64,000 bases of DNA, taken from NCBI GenBank assembly GCA_026394495.1, contig JAPKYE010000023.1, positions 296 through 64,295 of the forward strand. The letters run 5' to 3'. Under the pieces are notes generated by a model. That model had not been told where the DNA came from. It worked only from the letters and a program-made list of their open reading frames with translations, and did not search any database. Origin of the DNA: Methanobacteriota archaeon. GTDB taxonomy: Archaea; Thermoplasmatota; E2; DHVEG-1. The translations under genes were made by a program, and so were the position numbers. Shown in pieces: positions 28,919-39,800 of this stretch. The stretch's first letter is position 1, and every line of letters starts with the position of its first letter.

Positions 28919-29379
28919 AACTCCTCTGCGATCAGATGCTTGGTACTCTTACGAAATGGCTTCGAATCCTTGGTTTAGATACATATTACGCAACAATTGA
29001 AATGACCGACGATGATATTCTCCAGATTGCCAAAACCGAACAGCGAGTCCTAATTTCTCGTGATAAACAATTGATACAACGAGCAAAAAAAGAACAACTA
29101 CCATATATTGCTATTCAAACGACAAATCTTGATGAACAACTAAAAGCTGTGTTGAATCATGTTTCTTTTAACGAATCGAGTATTCTCTCACGATGTACTA
29201 TCTGTAACACCGTCCTTGAATCGATCGAGAAGCATATCGTAAAAGATAAGGTTCCTCCAAGGATTTTCGAACAGCACGATACCTTTTGGTTTTGCAAGTC
29301 ATGTGGCAGGGTGTATTGGATGGGGACACATTATGAACATATGAAAAACAAACTACAAAAATTGAAACAGATGAAATAG
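28915..29379 (+). CDS. Mut7-C RNase domain protein (DUF82)
   Basis: LLCDQMLGTLTKWLRILGLDTYY... plus C-terminal CTICN...CKSCGRVYW zinc ribbon. Confidence 0.6.
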   Translation: MKLLCDQMLGTLTKWLRILGLDTYYATIEMTDDDILQIAKTEQRVLISRDKQLIQRAKKEQLPYIAIQTTNLDEQLKAVLNHVSFNESSILSRCTICNTVLESIEKHIVKDKVPPRIFEQHDTFWFCKSCGRVYWMGTHYEHMKNKLQKLKQMK

Positions 29380-29391
29380 TTGAAGTTTTTT

Positions 29392-29688
29392 TTAAAACAT
29401 TTTGTACATCTGTGCATGCGGGATTCCTTTTATGGTCAGCACGCAGTCTTTGTTGATGAATCCGAGTTTGATGGCGTGCATTACTGCTTTTTTTCCAACA
29501 AGGTTTGCGATGGTCGCCTCAGCGAGGAGTTTTCCCAGGGTTTTTACATCCACGGTTTCTCCGCCGTAGAATTTTTCTGATGCATCGATTTGGAGTTTAC
29601 CTTCTACGAATTTTTTTCCAACAAGTTCTTTATCGCAGGCGGATACAAAAGTTTCTTTTCCTTGTCTGTAGATTCTGATGCTGATCAT
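29392..29688 (-). CDS. DUF424-family archaeal protein
   Basis: ISIRIYRQGKETFVSACDKELVGKKFVEGKLQIDASEKFYGGE...EATIANLVGKKAVMHAIKLG...IKGIPHAQ. Confidence 0.45.
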   Translation of the reverse strand: MISIRIYRQGKETFVSACDKELVGKKFVEGKLQIDASEKFYGGETVDVKTLGKLLAEATIANLVGKKAVMHAIKLGFINKDCVLTIKGIPHAQMYKMF

Positions 29689-29964
29689 GGTCTCAGATCC
29701 TATGTTTGTCTCTATTTATTATATTAGTTTCTCCTGTTTTATATGACTTTCGAAAAAATGCTATGTTGTAGCATGATTGGGTTGTTTTTTGAGTAGATAC
29801 AAATAATTGTTTATTGCGGTTTTTGTCAATCCAGTTATTTTTATGGAAAAGTATATATATTAGTACTGGGGCATGCCAACACGCCATTAGTTTTTTTGAC
29901 CATAATCTTAAAACACACACGCACTATAACGTACACAAACAACACAAATTTTTAGGGGCAGCGC

Positions 29965-31737
29965 ATGAAAGCAATCCTCAAACTATTCTCCGAACACGGC
30001 ACTTTCATCCAACCAGAAGCTGTCACCTACATTTCCACAAGAGAACACCCCAAAGAATTCGCATCACTTCTCCTTGAAAACCTCAAAGAATACCCACTCG
30101 TCCTCACTCTAGATCAAATCAAAGCAATAGAACAAACATCTCTAGTAAAAAACCTCCCAACACTCGAAGAACCAACCATAAAACAACCAATAAACGAACC
30201 CCAAGAAATAGCGACACAAGACGTCATACTATCTGAAAAACCCCCTGAATCACAGATAAAAACAGAAAAACCTCCACTTGATGAAAAACAAAAACAAAAA
30301 ATCATCTTATCAAAAATGTATTCTTCGCCATCTCCACGCGATGAAAACGATGAAGAAATCGAAGAAGAATACGAAGACCCAGATAAAGACGACCAGATAA
30401 CAATCAACGGCGAAGAAACAGAAAAACCACTCATCCGTCCTGTTGAACTCAAAAAAATAAAAGGATGGAAACCCCTCGCAAAAGAATACGCGCCTGAGAT
30501 AAAAATCATCAAAGACGTAACAGGAAACAGCACCTGTGAAGGCACCACCCAGGATTTCGCAAAACTCTTCAAAAACAGGTACGCTATCCTTCATAAGATA
30601 CTTCAGAATCAACGCAGAGAACTCATGAACGCACTCCCCATCAACCGCATCAAAAAAAGTGCGACAAACGACCTTCAACTCATAGGGATCGTAAAATCTG
30701 TCCGTACCACAAACAATGGTCACCGCCTTATCGAAATCGAAGATGAAACTGGTGAAGCACCCCTCATCGCATTGAAAACAAACCCAGACATCCTTCAGAT
30801 AGCTAATGAAGTAGTCCTTGATGAAATAATAGGTGTGAACGGCAAACTCAGCAAAAACGGGGATCTCATAATCATTCAAAACATCATATTCCCTGATATC
30901 AGCATCCGACACAACAAACAAAAAGCAGAAGTCCCCATCTGCGCCGCGTTCCTCTCAGATATTCACATGGGAAGCAAGATGTTTCTTGAGGATCAATGGC
31001 ATGCGTTTATCAAATGGATCAATGGAAACCTAGGCAACTCCCGGCAAAAAGATGTAGCTGGAAAAGTAAAATACCTGGTCATCCCCGGCGATATCGTAGA
31101 CGGGATTGGTATATACCCTAACCAAGAAAAAGAACTCTCCATAAAAGATATTTACCGGCAGTACGAAGCACTTGCTTTGCAGATGCAACAGATTCCGGAT
31201 CATATCTCCATTATCATACAACCAGGGAACCATGATGCGGTAAGACCCGCTGAACCACAACCAGCGTTTGCAAAAGAAATCCAGAGTCTTTTTTCAGGAA
31301 AAGAGGTGCACTTCGTCGGAAACCCCTGCTATTTTTCACTTCACAGCGTCGAAGTATTATCGTATCATGGACAAAGCCTGCTTGATTACGCAACAAACGT
31401 CCAACATCTGCGATACAACGAACCAATCGAGATCATGAAAGTCATGCTCAAGAAACGCCATCTCGCCCCTATCTACGGAGGATATACGCCGCTTGCACCA
31501 GAACATCTAGATCACATGATCATTGACAAAGTCCCCGATATCTTCGTCACCGGACATGTACACTTGGCAGCACTTGACGATTACCGAGGTGTAACACTCA
31601 TCAATGCATCATCGTGGCAGGCACAAACCACGTACCAAAAAATGCTGAACTTTGTCCCTGATTCAGCAAAACTCCCGATAGTTGATCTGAAAACAGGCAG
31701 TGCCACAACAATGGATTTCAGCCAGCAAATAACATGA
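29965..31737 (+). CDS. polB: DNA polymerase II (PolD) small subunit DP1
   Basis: Typical N-terminal domain, OB fold, and C-terminal calcineurin-like phosphoesterase motifs (VIPGDIVDGIG, QPGNHD, TGHVH). Confidence 0.85.
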   Translation: MKAILKLFSEHGTFIQPEAVTYISTREHPKEFASLLLENLKEYPLVLTLDQIKAIEQTSLVKNLPTLEEPTIKQPINEPQEIATQDVILSEKPPESQIKTEKPPLDEKQKQKIILSKMYSSPSPRDENDEEIEEEYEDPDKDDQITINGEETEKPLIRPVELKKIKGWKPLAKEYAPEIKIIKDVTGNSTCEGTTQDFAKLFKNRYAILHKILQNQRRELMNALPINRIKKSATNDLQLIGIVKSVRTTNNGHRLIEIEDETGEAPLIALKTNPDILQIANEVVLDEIIGVNGKLSKNGDLIIIQNIIFPDISIRHNKQKAEVPICAAFLSDIHMGSKMFLEDQWHAFIKWINGNLGNSRQKDVAGKVKYLVIPGDIVDGIGIYPNQEKELSIKDIYRQYEALALQMQQIPDHISIIIQPGNHDAVRPAEPQPAFAKEIQSLFSGKEVHFVGNPCYFSLHSVEVLSYHGQSLLDYATNVQHLRYNEPIEIMKVMLKKRHLAPIYGGYTPLAPEHLDHMIIDKVPDIFVTGHVHLAALDDYRGVTLINASSWQAQTTYQKMLNFVPDSAKLPIVDLKTGSATTMDFSQQIT

Positions 31738-31763
31738 AAGCAATCTGATTGTTTTTGTTGATC

Positions 31764-32231
31764 TTATTTTTTTATTTTATTTAAGAATTTGTTTAGACGT
31801 GAATTTCGGGCTTTGAATCGTTTTTCCTCTTTAATTTCTTCTTGTTTGACAAGCGGATCTCCCTTGTAGCCTTCTTTAGATTTCTCCTTTAATCGATCCA
31901 ATTCACATTCATCAAGCCAAACACCACCACAATTTAAACACACATCAACCTCAACATCATCAGCTTTTTCGATATCCATCGTCATTGCACATCGAGGACA
32001 GATCATTGGGCTTTTACTTTTAGTCCCAATATGCTTGGTAAGATAATTTGCTAATTTTCTATCCTTTAACAGCTTGTCCAGTTCACCTTTATCCAACCAT
32101 ATACCGTTACATTTTGGACAAACATCAATGATCAGATTTGGTCCAAATATCTCGATTTCCGTTTTATCCATTTCAACCCAGCAGCGATGACATTCATATT
32201 TTCTTTCAGAATCAACTTTCTTTGAAGGCAT
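31764..32231 (-). CDS. tandem zinc-ribbon protein (two TF_Zn_Ribbon-like CxxC...CxxC modules)
   Basis: CHRCW...CPKCNGIWLDKGELDKLL and CPRCA...CLNCGGVWLDECELDRL, followed by a lysine-rich tail. Confidence 0.5.
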   Translation of the reverse strand: MPSKKVDSERKYECHRCWVEMDKTEIEIFGPNLIIDVCPKCNGIWLDKGELDKLLKDRKLANYLTKHIGTKSKSPMICPRCAMTMDIEKADDVEVDVCLNCGGVWLDECELDRLKEKSKEGYKGDPLVKQEEIKEEKRFKARNSRLNKFLNKIKK

Positions 32232-32469
32232 AGGGATTGGTATCGATTACATGATTTTATTATTTACCATCATAAAGCATGAATTACCAGGTTTTTAATG
32301 AAGTTATTTTTTTTGTTATCATCCTTTGGTATAATTATCTAAAAACCATGAAATACTTAATTTTCCTTCAAAAATAATAAAAAACGCCCTTTTTTAGAAT
32401 TATGAGGGATTTTCTTGGATTGGGGCTTTATGTTCTTTAGGGCAGTTACTATTATTGAGGTAAAAAAAC

Positions 32470-33390
32470 ATGTCGGTCGTAACCTATCAAGACGCGGTTG
32501 AATACCAACGCCGTAATGTAGAAGAAAATCTTCTTCACCTCAAAGAGGTTCTTCGAAATGAATTTATTCATGGTGGACATTTAATAGCATTAGGAACTGC
32601 AGGTATCGCTTTATCATCAATGTTTTTGTTTAATACAGTGATTAGATGGGAATTTCTTCTAATAATTTATTTTGGAACTCTTTGTATCTATGGCTACGAT
32701 TATTACAAAGGATTTGAAATTGATTCCTTAAATAATTTTGACAGGACGAATCATCTTAAAAAAATTTATAAATATCGACCACTGATGTTGATTTTTTATG
32801 GACTAGGATTTTTTTGTTTGTTAATATATTTTGGAAATTCTGCAAGTATCTTTTTTGGAGGACTATTATTATTAAGTGGACTAATGTACACTTTTAAATT
32901 TAAAAAAATGACAAAGAAAATAATAGGTTTGAAAAGTTTTTATACAGCATTTTCATTTTCTCTTTCAGTAATTTTTACAGCGTTATTTTGTTCATACCCA
33001 ATCAACTTTTTATTATCAATTTTTTTCGTATTTGTTTTTCTCCAAATTTTACTTATCACAAGTTTTTGCGATATTAAAGATATGGACACTGATAAAAAAC
33101 ACGAACTACAAACATTGCCGATTTATTTTGGAAAAGAAAAATTTTTATTTTTCCTCCACATCATAAATCTTGGGTCTCTTATTCTGATATTGATTGCTTT
33201 TACTTTGAAGATAATTCCTTTGTTTTCAATATTTTTATTTTTTTCATATCTCTACTGTTTTTATTTTATTCAAAAAGCAAAGAATGTAAAAACAAATTTA
33301 CATTACCTAACAAATACAATAGTTGATGCTTCATATTTTTTCTGGCCTGTTTTCTTATTTTTAGGGAAAATGGCATTGGCAATTATATAA
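32470..33390 (+). CDS. divergent UbiA-superfamily prenyltransferase-like membrane protein, paralog 1
   Basis: About 9 TM. Second Asp-rich motif CDIKDMDTD is present. First motif is degenerate: YDYYKGFEIDS...FDRTNHLKKIYKYRPL, compare NDxxDxxxD...RTxxRPL. Confidence 0.5.
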   Translation: MSVVTYQDAVEYQRRNVEENLLHLKEVLRNEFIHGGHLIALGTAGIALSSMFLFNTVIRWEFLLIIYFGTLCIYGYDYYKGFEIDSLNNFDRTNHLKKIYKYRPLMLIFYGLGFFCLLIYFGNSASIFFGGLLLLSGLMYTFKFKKMTKKIIGLKSFYTAFSFSLSVIFTALFCSYPINFLLSIFFVFVFLQILLITSFCDIKDMDTDKKHELQTLPIYFGKEKFLFFLHIINLGSLILILIAFTLKIIPLFSIFLFFSYLYCFYFIQKAKNVKTNLHYLTNTIVDASYFFWPVFLFLGKMALAII

Positions 33391-33493
33391 AAATATTATC
33401 GAGTTTAAATTAAAAAATAGGTGCTTATCGATATAATAAGAATTAATATCCATAATGAAATTATTTAAATATAATTAAGTAATTCATTAGAAT

Positions 33494-34354
33494 GTGAAAA
33501 AATCGGAATTTATTTGGAATGAAATTGTCTTTGGCAGTCATTGGCTCTCGATGGGCGCTGCAGCTATTGCTCTTTCTGCTATGGTTCTGCTTGAAATGAA
33601 TATTCGATGGGAGTTTTTATTTATAGCATATTTTGGAACACAATTCATTTATAATTACAATCATCATAAAGAAATAGACATTGATTCCTCAACTAACACA
33701 TCAAGAACGATGCATCTCGGTATATATCATAAATATAGTAAAATTCTTATAGTAATTTATGGAGCTATTTTTTTTATTTTATTGATATTATTTGGAAACT
33801 CAGAAACTTTTCTTTTTGGAGGATTATTACTACTTATAGGTTTACTATTTTCATATACTATTAAAGATTTTTTTGGAAAAATAGCCGGAGTGAAATTACT
33901 ATATACTTCGTTTGCATGGGGGTTGCTTATACCTTTTACTGCTATTTATTGTTCACATCCTCTGGATAAATCCATCATTATTTTCTTTGTATTTACATCA
34001 TTTCGGGCGATAATAACAACAACTTTTTTTGATATAAAGGATATTGTAATCGATACAAAAAGAAATATCGTGACATTACCAGCCATCCTTGGTAAAGATC
34101 GATGTCTAGATTTCTTACATTTATTCAATTTTATTTCTTTATTACCAATTATTTTTGGAGTGATTATAGGTATAATTCCAAAATATTCAATCTTTCTAAT
34201 ATCACTGTTTTTTTACACCTATTATTATACTCAAAAAACAAAGTATGACACTGTGGATCTTCCCATGATTTCGTATATCATTGTAGATGGTGAATTTGTT
34301 TTTTGGCCGTTTCTTTTAATGTTAGGTATTGTTTTTATGACACGGTATCTGTAA
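33494..34354 (+). CDS. divergent UbiA-superfamily prenyltransferase-like membrane protein, paralog 2
   Basis: Paralog of the upstream gene. Second motif FFDIKDIVIDTK is DxxDxxxD; in the first motif the Asp residues are replaced (YNYNHHKEIDID...SRTMHL). Confidence 0.5.
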   Translation: MKKSEFIWNEIVFGSHWLSMGAAAIALSAMVLLEMNIRWEFLFIAYFGTQFIYNYNHHKEIDIDSSTNTSRTMHLGIYHKYSKILIVIYGAIFFILLILFGNSETFLFGGLLLLIGLLFSYTIKDFFGKIAGVKLLYTSFAWGLLIPFTAIYCSHPLDKSIIIFFVFTSFRAIITTTFFDIKDIVIDTKRNIVTLPAILGKDRCLDFLHLFNFISLLPIIFGVIIGIIPKYSIFLISLFFYTYYYTQKTKYDTVDLPMISYIIVDGEFVFWPFLLMLGIVFMTRYL

Positions 34355-34371
34355 CTAAAAAATCGTTTATT

Positions 34372-35505
34372 TTATACCGTTATTGTTAACGTTAAATAAT
34401 TTTTTACGACGATGTTATACGTTTTAAATTCGATTTGTTTACCTAACGAGCTAGACACAAAACCGGACACAATACCTCTAAAAATTATATATTTCGACGT
34501 CTCAGAAAAAATGGTCCAAGGATAATAAACAGATGCAATACTTGGTTTAGTGGGATCTAAAACTCGTACTTCTCCAAAACCAAGCGCAGAAAAAAAATCC
34601 GGTATAAATTTTTGATAATCTTTATATCCATAAGTCTCTTGTAATAATTTACCATATTCAAAACAAGCATTGAATAGAACTTGTTCACCACCATCTAGTT
34701 TTGCTATTTCCTGTTCCAATAAATAGAGAATATGAGAATCGCAAAAGAAAAACCTATTCTTTTTGTAAGAGAGAATACCTTGTTTAAATTCGAAAAAACC
34801 TGCATTTAATAAATCCTTTAAAGAATTTTTAGAATATATTGTTTTTCGTATTTCATTCATTGTCTTATATAAACTATCAGACTTTTGATCAGATAAATCT
34901 AATTCATGAAAAATATGGGGAGTTTTTTTAAGTAAAAATACTTCAGGAGCACAGATAATATAACATTGTTGATTTCCCCTTCCCTGACATTCTATCTGTA
35001 TTCCTTCAACTGTTTTATCCTGCATTGCATACGCCCAGATTCCAGCAATACCACCATCAGTCATTATGTAACCAAGGCCATTGTGTCTACATATGATGTA
35101 ATCCTTGAAATAGATATTAAACATTTTTTCATCTATATTTATTTCATACTTAGCTTCTTTAGCATATGTACCTTCGACAAACCGTACAAGTAAATATGTA
35201 AAATCAGAAAATTCTTTTTTTGTGCACCTTTGAATTGTTGGAAAGTTTGAAAGAGATGAGTATATATAACCGTTCTTTTTTCCAGCAGAATACAATACTT
35301 GTTTTCCTCGTTCTCCAAAGCATTCAATGATTCTTTTTTCAATTATTTCAAAAAGTTGTTCAGGTAAAAAAATATCTCTCAGATAAGTTGTTTTTTTATG
35401 TTCAGTAAAGGCAGTAATGATAAATCCAGGTTTATCAATAATTTCTCTTCTTGGTATGATAATATTTTGAATGTACCAAGTTACCACCCTATCTTTTACC
35501 GCCAT
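34372..35505 (-). CDS. XylR_N/V4R-like sensory domain protein (putative small-hydrophobic-ligand binding)
   Basis: 377 aa. GYIMTDGGIAGIWAYAM...IQIECQGRGNQQCYIICAPE resembles the V4R motif E..C...G...C.F; a second Gly-rich V4R-like repeat near the C-terminus. Confidence 0.3.
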   Translation of the reverse strand: MAVKDRVVTWYIQNIIIPRREIIDKPGFIITAFTEHKKTTYLRDIFLPEQLFEIIEKRIIECFGERGKQVLYSAGKKNGYIYSSLSNFPTIQRCTKKEFSDFTYLLVRFVEGTYAKEAKYEINIDEKMFNIYFKDYIICRHNGLGYIMTDGGIAGIWAYAMQDKTVEGIQIECQGRGNQQCYIICAPEVFLLKKTPHIFHELDLSDQKSDSLYKTMNEIRKTIYSKNSLKDLLNAGFFEFKQGILSYKKNRFFFCDSHILYLLEQEIAKLDGGEQVLFNACFEYGKLLQETYGYKDYQKFIPDFFSALGFGEVRVLDPTKPSIASVYYPWTIFSETSKYIIFRGIVSGFVSSSLGKQIEFKTYNIVVKNYLTLTITV

Positions 35506-35509
35506 ACTG

Positions 35510-36274
35510 TTATACTTCTTTTATGTTCACCACAATACCTGTCTCTGTAAAATCAAATGTATGAGTAAGACCATCGATTTTTGTTTTCCGCAGTTTCTTC
35601 ACCTGAATTGTCCGGTTCAATTCATTGCCAACATCAATATATCCAAGAACAACAAGTCCATCTGCCCTAAACTCACTGATCATATCTATTGTGTCCCCTG
35701 GCATTCCTTCAATCTTCTGCGACAACAACATAGAGGTCGCACCAGACTGCTTCACTATATCAATAAGTGCCACAAGGTTTGCTTTGTTGATCTCGGTAAA
35801 CGCCTGTGGATGAAGACCGCTTCGTAAACCATCCATGATACTAGATGGATTCATCGTTGCAATAGCGAGCGATGAAATACTATCAATCACCACTCGCTTA
35901 TACGAGCCGCCCTGAATCAACTGTTTGAGCTCATTCATTTTCGATATCTCAAACAACTCCTGAGAAGACAACCCGATAATACGCAGTTTTCCCTCTTGCT
36001 CTAATTTAACGATGTCCCATCCAAACTGACTAGCCTGTTCAACAATCTCAAGTTTAACCTGCTCACTACTCAGATAAAGCCCTTTCTCATTGCATTCCAA
36101 GGCACCTTTGATGATATACTCAAGCGCCAAAATAGATTTACCACTCCCGGGAGTCCCCGTAACCAATGTAACACTACCCTTAGGGAGACCCTGTTGAATC
36201 AATTCATCAAAACCTTCGATACATGTCGGAATCCGCTCTATCTTATTTTCCTCAGCCACCATCATCTCTACCAT
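35510..36274 (-). CDS. KaiC-like / RecA-superfamily ATPase, single domain
   Basis: Walker A GTPGSGKS, Walker B VVIDSIS; 254 aa. Confidence 0.75.
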   Translation of the reverse strand: MVEMMVAEENKIERIPTCIEGFDELIQQGLPKGSVTLVTGTPGSGKSILALEYIIKGALECNEKGLYLSSEQVKLEIVEQASQFGWDIVKLEQEGKLRIIGLSSQELFEISKMNELKQLIQGGSYKRVVIDSISSLAIATMNPSSIMDGLRSGLHPQAFTEINKANLVALIDIVKQSGATSMLLSQKIEGMPGDTIDMISEFRADGLVVLGYIDVGNELNRTIQVKKLRKTKIDGLTHTFDFTETGIVVNIKEV

Positions 36275-36831
36275 GCAACAAAGAAACGTATTACCAAATT
36301 TAAAGCAATGTGTCTTCGGTTAAGGATTTTCCAGGGGATGAAAGATCCGTTTATCATTTGATGTTCAATGGGCGAAAAAAACATTTTTTGAAAGGAGTTG
36401 AAGCATTTCCAAATATATTTTTTTCTTTCAATCCATTTGTTGTTAAAACGAACAAAAATCAGCATTTTTTGCTCAAAATCGTCTTAACCGGTGACCAATG
36501 AATTTAAAGCTAACCATCTACGCTGTCATAAGAATTACTGTTGATATTTTGTAAATGATTCCATAAATATTTGCTTTGTTTAGACCGTGGTTAAATAAAA
36601 TAAATTTACCATAAAAATAAACTTTACTGTATAAACCACAATAATGTGATAAAAAAGTATTATTCTAAGGAGAAAACATCCTTTTCATCACCTTAGTCAA
36701 TATTATGTTTTTTATCCCAAAAACAAGCATAAAATAACCCCTCTATTTCCTATGGAGAAACATAAGGAATACAAAGCTTTAAACACGTTCTCCCTATTCG
36801 TTTCATCATTCATTTTTCATGAGCGATATTT

Positions 36832-39800
36832 ATGGGTGGAGACGCAATCGAACCTCTCGCAGCAAGCAAAAACATGCAGGAATACTTCACCCAATTACAA
36901 AAAGAAATCGACATCTGCTACACCGTTGCTCAGAACGCACGAAAAAAAGGATTCGACCCAGAATACAGTGTAGAAATCCCACAAGCACTCGACCTCGCAG
37001 CACGAGTCGAACAACTCGTCGGACCCAAAGACATCGCACCAAAAATACGACAAGCAACAAAAAAAATCGGCAACCGAGAACTCGTCTCACTTGAAATCGC
37101 AAGAGAAATCGCAAAAGGAACAACCTACAAATTCTCAAGTGTTGAAAAAGCACTCGACCAAGCAACCAGAACAGGACTAGCCATCCTCACCGAAGGAGTC
37201 CTTGTCGCACCACTCGAAGGAATCGCAGAAGTAAAACTAGGGAAAAACAAAGACGGAACAACCTACGTCGACCTCTACTTCTCAGGACCAATAAGAAGCG
37301 CAGGAGGAACCGGCCAAGCAATGAGCGTCCTCATCGCAGATATCGTTCGCCGAGAACTTGGAGTCGGCAAATACCAAGCAACAGTAGGAGAAATCGAACG
37401 ATACAAAGAAGAAATACCACTCTACAAACGAGTCCAACACCTCCAATACGTCCCAAACGCCGAAGAAATCGAACGCGTCGTCAGCAACTGCCCGGTCTGC
37501 GTCAACGGAGAAGGAACCGAAGACGAAGAAGTCACAGGCTACCGAGACCTCCCAAGAGTAGGAACCAACAAACTCAGAGGAGGAGCCTGTCTAGTCATCG
37601 CAGAAGGACTCTGCCTCAAAGCACCAAAGATCTATAAACATGTGAAAAAACTCAAACTCGACGGATGGGATTTTTTAGAGAAATTCGTAAACAAAGGAAC
37701 AGAAACCACCCAACTCACAAACGGCATCCCACAAATACCGCCATCCTACAAATACATCGGAGAAGTCATTGCAGGTCGACCAGTGCTTTCACATCCCTCA
37801 ACAAAAGGAGGATTCAGACTCAGATACGGCCGCGCACGCACCGCAGGACTCGCATCAACCGCAATAAGCCCAGCAACCATGTACATCCTCGACAGCTTCA
37901 TCACCATCGGAACACAGATGAAAATCGAACGACCCGGAAAAGGAACCATCGGGACATCCTGCGACCAGATAGAAGGACCAATCGTCCTATTACAAAACAA
38001 CGACCTCGTCCAAATAAACAAAGTAGAAGACATCCACCAAGAAGTCAGCAAAATCACGGACGTAGGCGAAATCCTTATTCCCTTCGGCGAATTCATGGAA
38101 AACAACGCACTCCTCCCCGATGCAAGCTACGTATACGAATGGTGGGTCCAGGACCTTGAAAAAGCACTCAATTGTGTATCAAAAACCCAGACACAAAAAG
38201 ATATTACGGATGCAGATCAGATCGTATCAGACAAAATCAAAAAAGATTTCAAACAAGAAATCAACCTAGAAAACCCCTCAGCACAAGAGGCTTTCGCACT
38301 CTCAGAACGATACCTAATACCACTTCATCCACGATATACACTTTTCTGGCATGACATCAGCGTTGATGATGCGTGTCAACTCTCTAAGTATGTAAAAGAA
38401 AATGGAAAAATAATAACTGATGAACACAAAGAATATACGCTTTCAATCCCAAATAACCCACAGATAAAAAACATCCTCATCGAACTAGGGGCACTCCATA
38501 AACAACGCGAAGGAAACATCATCTTTGATCAATATGCATACCCTCTGATTCGCTGCTGCGGACTAGATGATTCTGACGGAAAACTCATTGACGTCCGCAC
38601 AGCGCACCTTAAAAAACAACCAGATGACAAACAAGATACAGTTACGCTAGTCTCAAAACTCGCAGGAGTAATTCTCTGCGCCCGAGCACCATTTCGCATC
38701 GGCGCACGCATGGGAAGACCAGAAAAAGCAGCAGCACGAAAAATGAGACCACCACCACACGTCCTCTTCCCACTAGGAAACTATGGGGGAAACCAACGAC
38801 TCTTCAAAACCGCAGCAGAAAAAGAAACCATCGAAGTCGAAGCAGGACACAGAAAATGCCCAAAATGCAACAAAACAACACACAAAATCACCTGCAACTG
38901 CGGAGCACATACGGAAATAGCAAACGGTCGAATTATAACCCACAACATCAACATCAGCGAAGAACTACAGCATGCAAAAAACACACTCAAAGAACACGAC
39001 CTCCCAGAAACCATCAAAGGAGTCGTAGGGACTATTTCAAAAAATAAAACCCCTGAGCCTCTTGAGAAAGGAATATTACGTGCGAAACACCAAGTATACG
39101 TGTTCAAAGATGGAACCATCAGATTTGACATGACCGATGCACCACTCACCCATTTCAAACCAAAAGAACTAGGAATCTCAGTGAAACGAGTACGAGAACT
39201 TGGATACACCAAAGACTACTTGGGAAACGAGCTAGAAACAGAAGATCAAATCTGCGAACTTTATGTCCAGGATGTGATCATCGCAAAATCCTGCGCAGAA
39301 TACTTTACCCAGGTATCAAAATTCATCGATGACCTCCTCACAAAATTCTACAAACTAGACAAATTCTACAAAATCAAAAAAATAGAGGATCTCACTGGGC
39401 ATCTTGTCGTCGGACTCGCACCACACACCTCAGCAGGCGCACTTGGAAGGATTATAGGATTCACTGATGCACAGGTATGCTTCTCTCATCCTTTTTATCA
39501 TGCCGCGAAAAGGAGAAATTGTTTTCATTTTGATCATCGCATCTTTCTTTACGATCAGAATAATGATAAATTTATTACAGACAAAATCGGTGAAGTAGTA
39601 GAGAAACAACTAAAAAATAGAAAACCACAAGTTATCGACACATATGGCACTATACGAATAAATCTTGACCCATCCGATAATATCTATGCGTATAGTTTAA
39701 ACAGAGAATCGGGAAAACTTGAAAAGAAAAAAGTAAAATATTTCATAAAAGGAAAAACAAGTCAATGGATAAAAATTAAAACATCAACTAATCGAGAAAT

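Noticed and set aside
37665-38159. Arg/His-rich ORFs in alternative frames inside polD-large (37665-38159, 36887-37165, 38781-39212) and similar internal ORFs in eno, the S8 gene, mcm and aEF-2
   Set aside because: They overlap strongly supported conserved genes, have biased low-complexity composition and match no protein family. They are frame artefacts.
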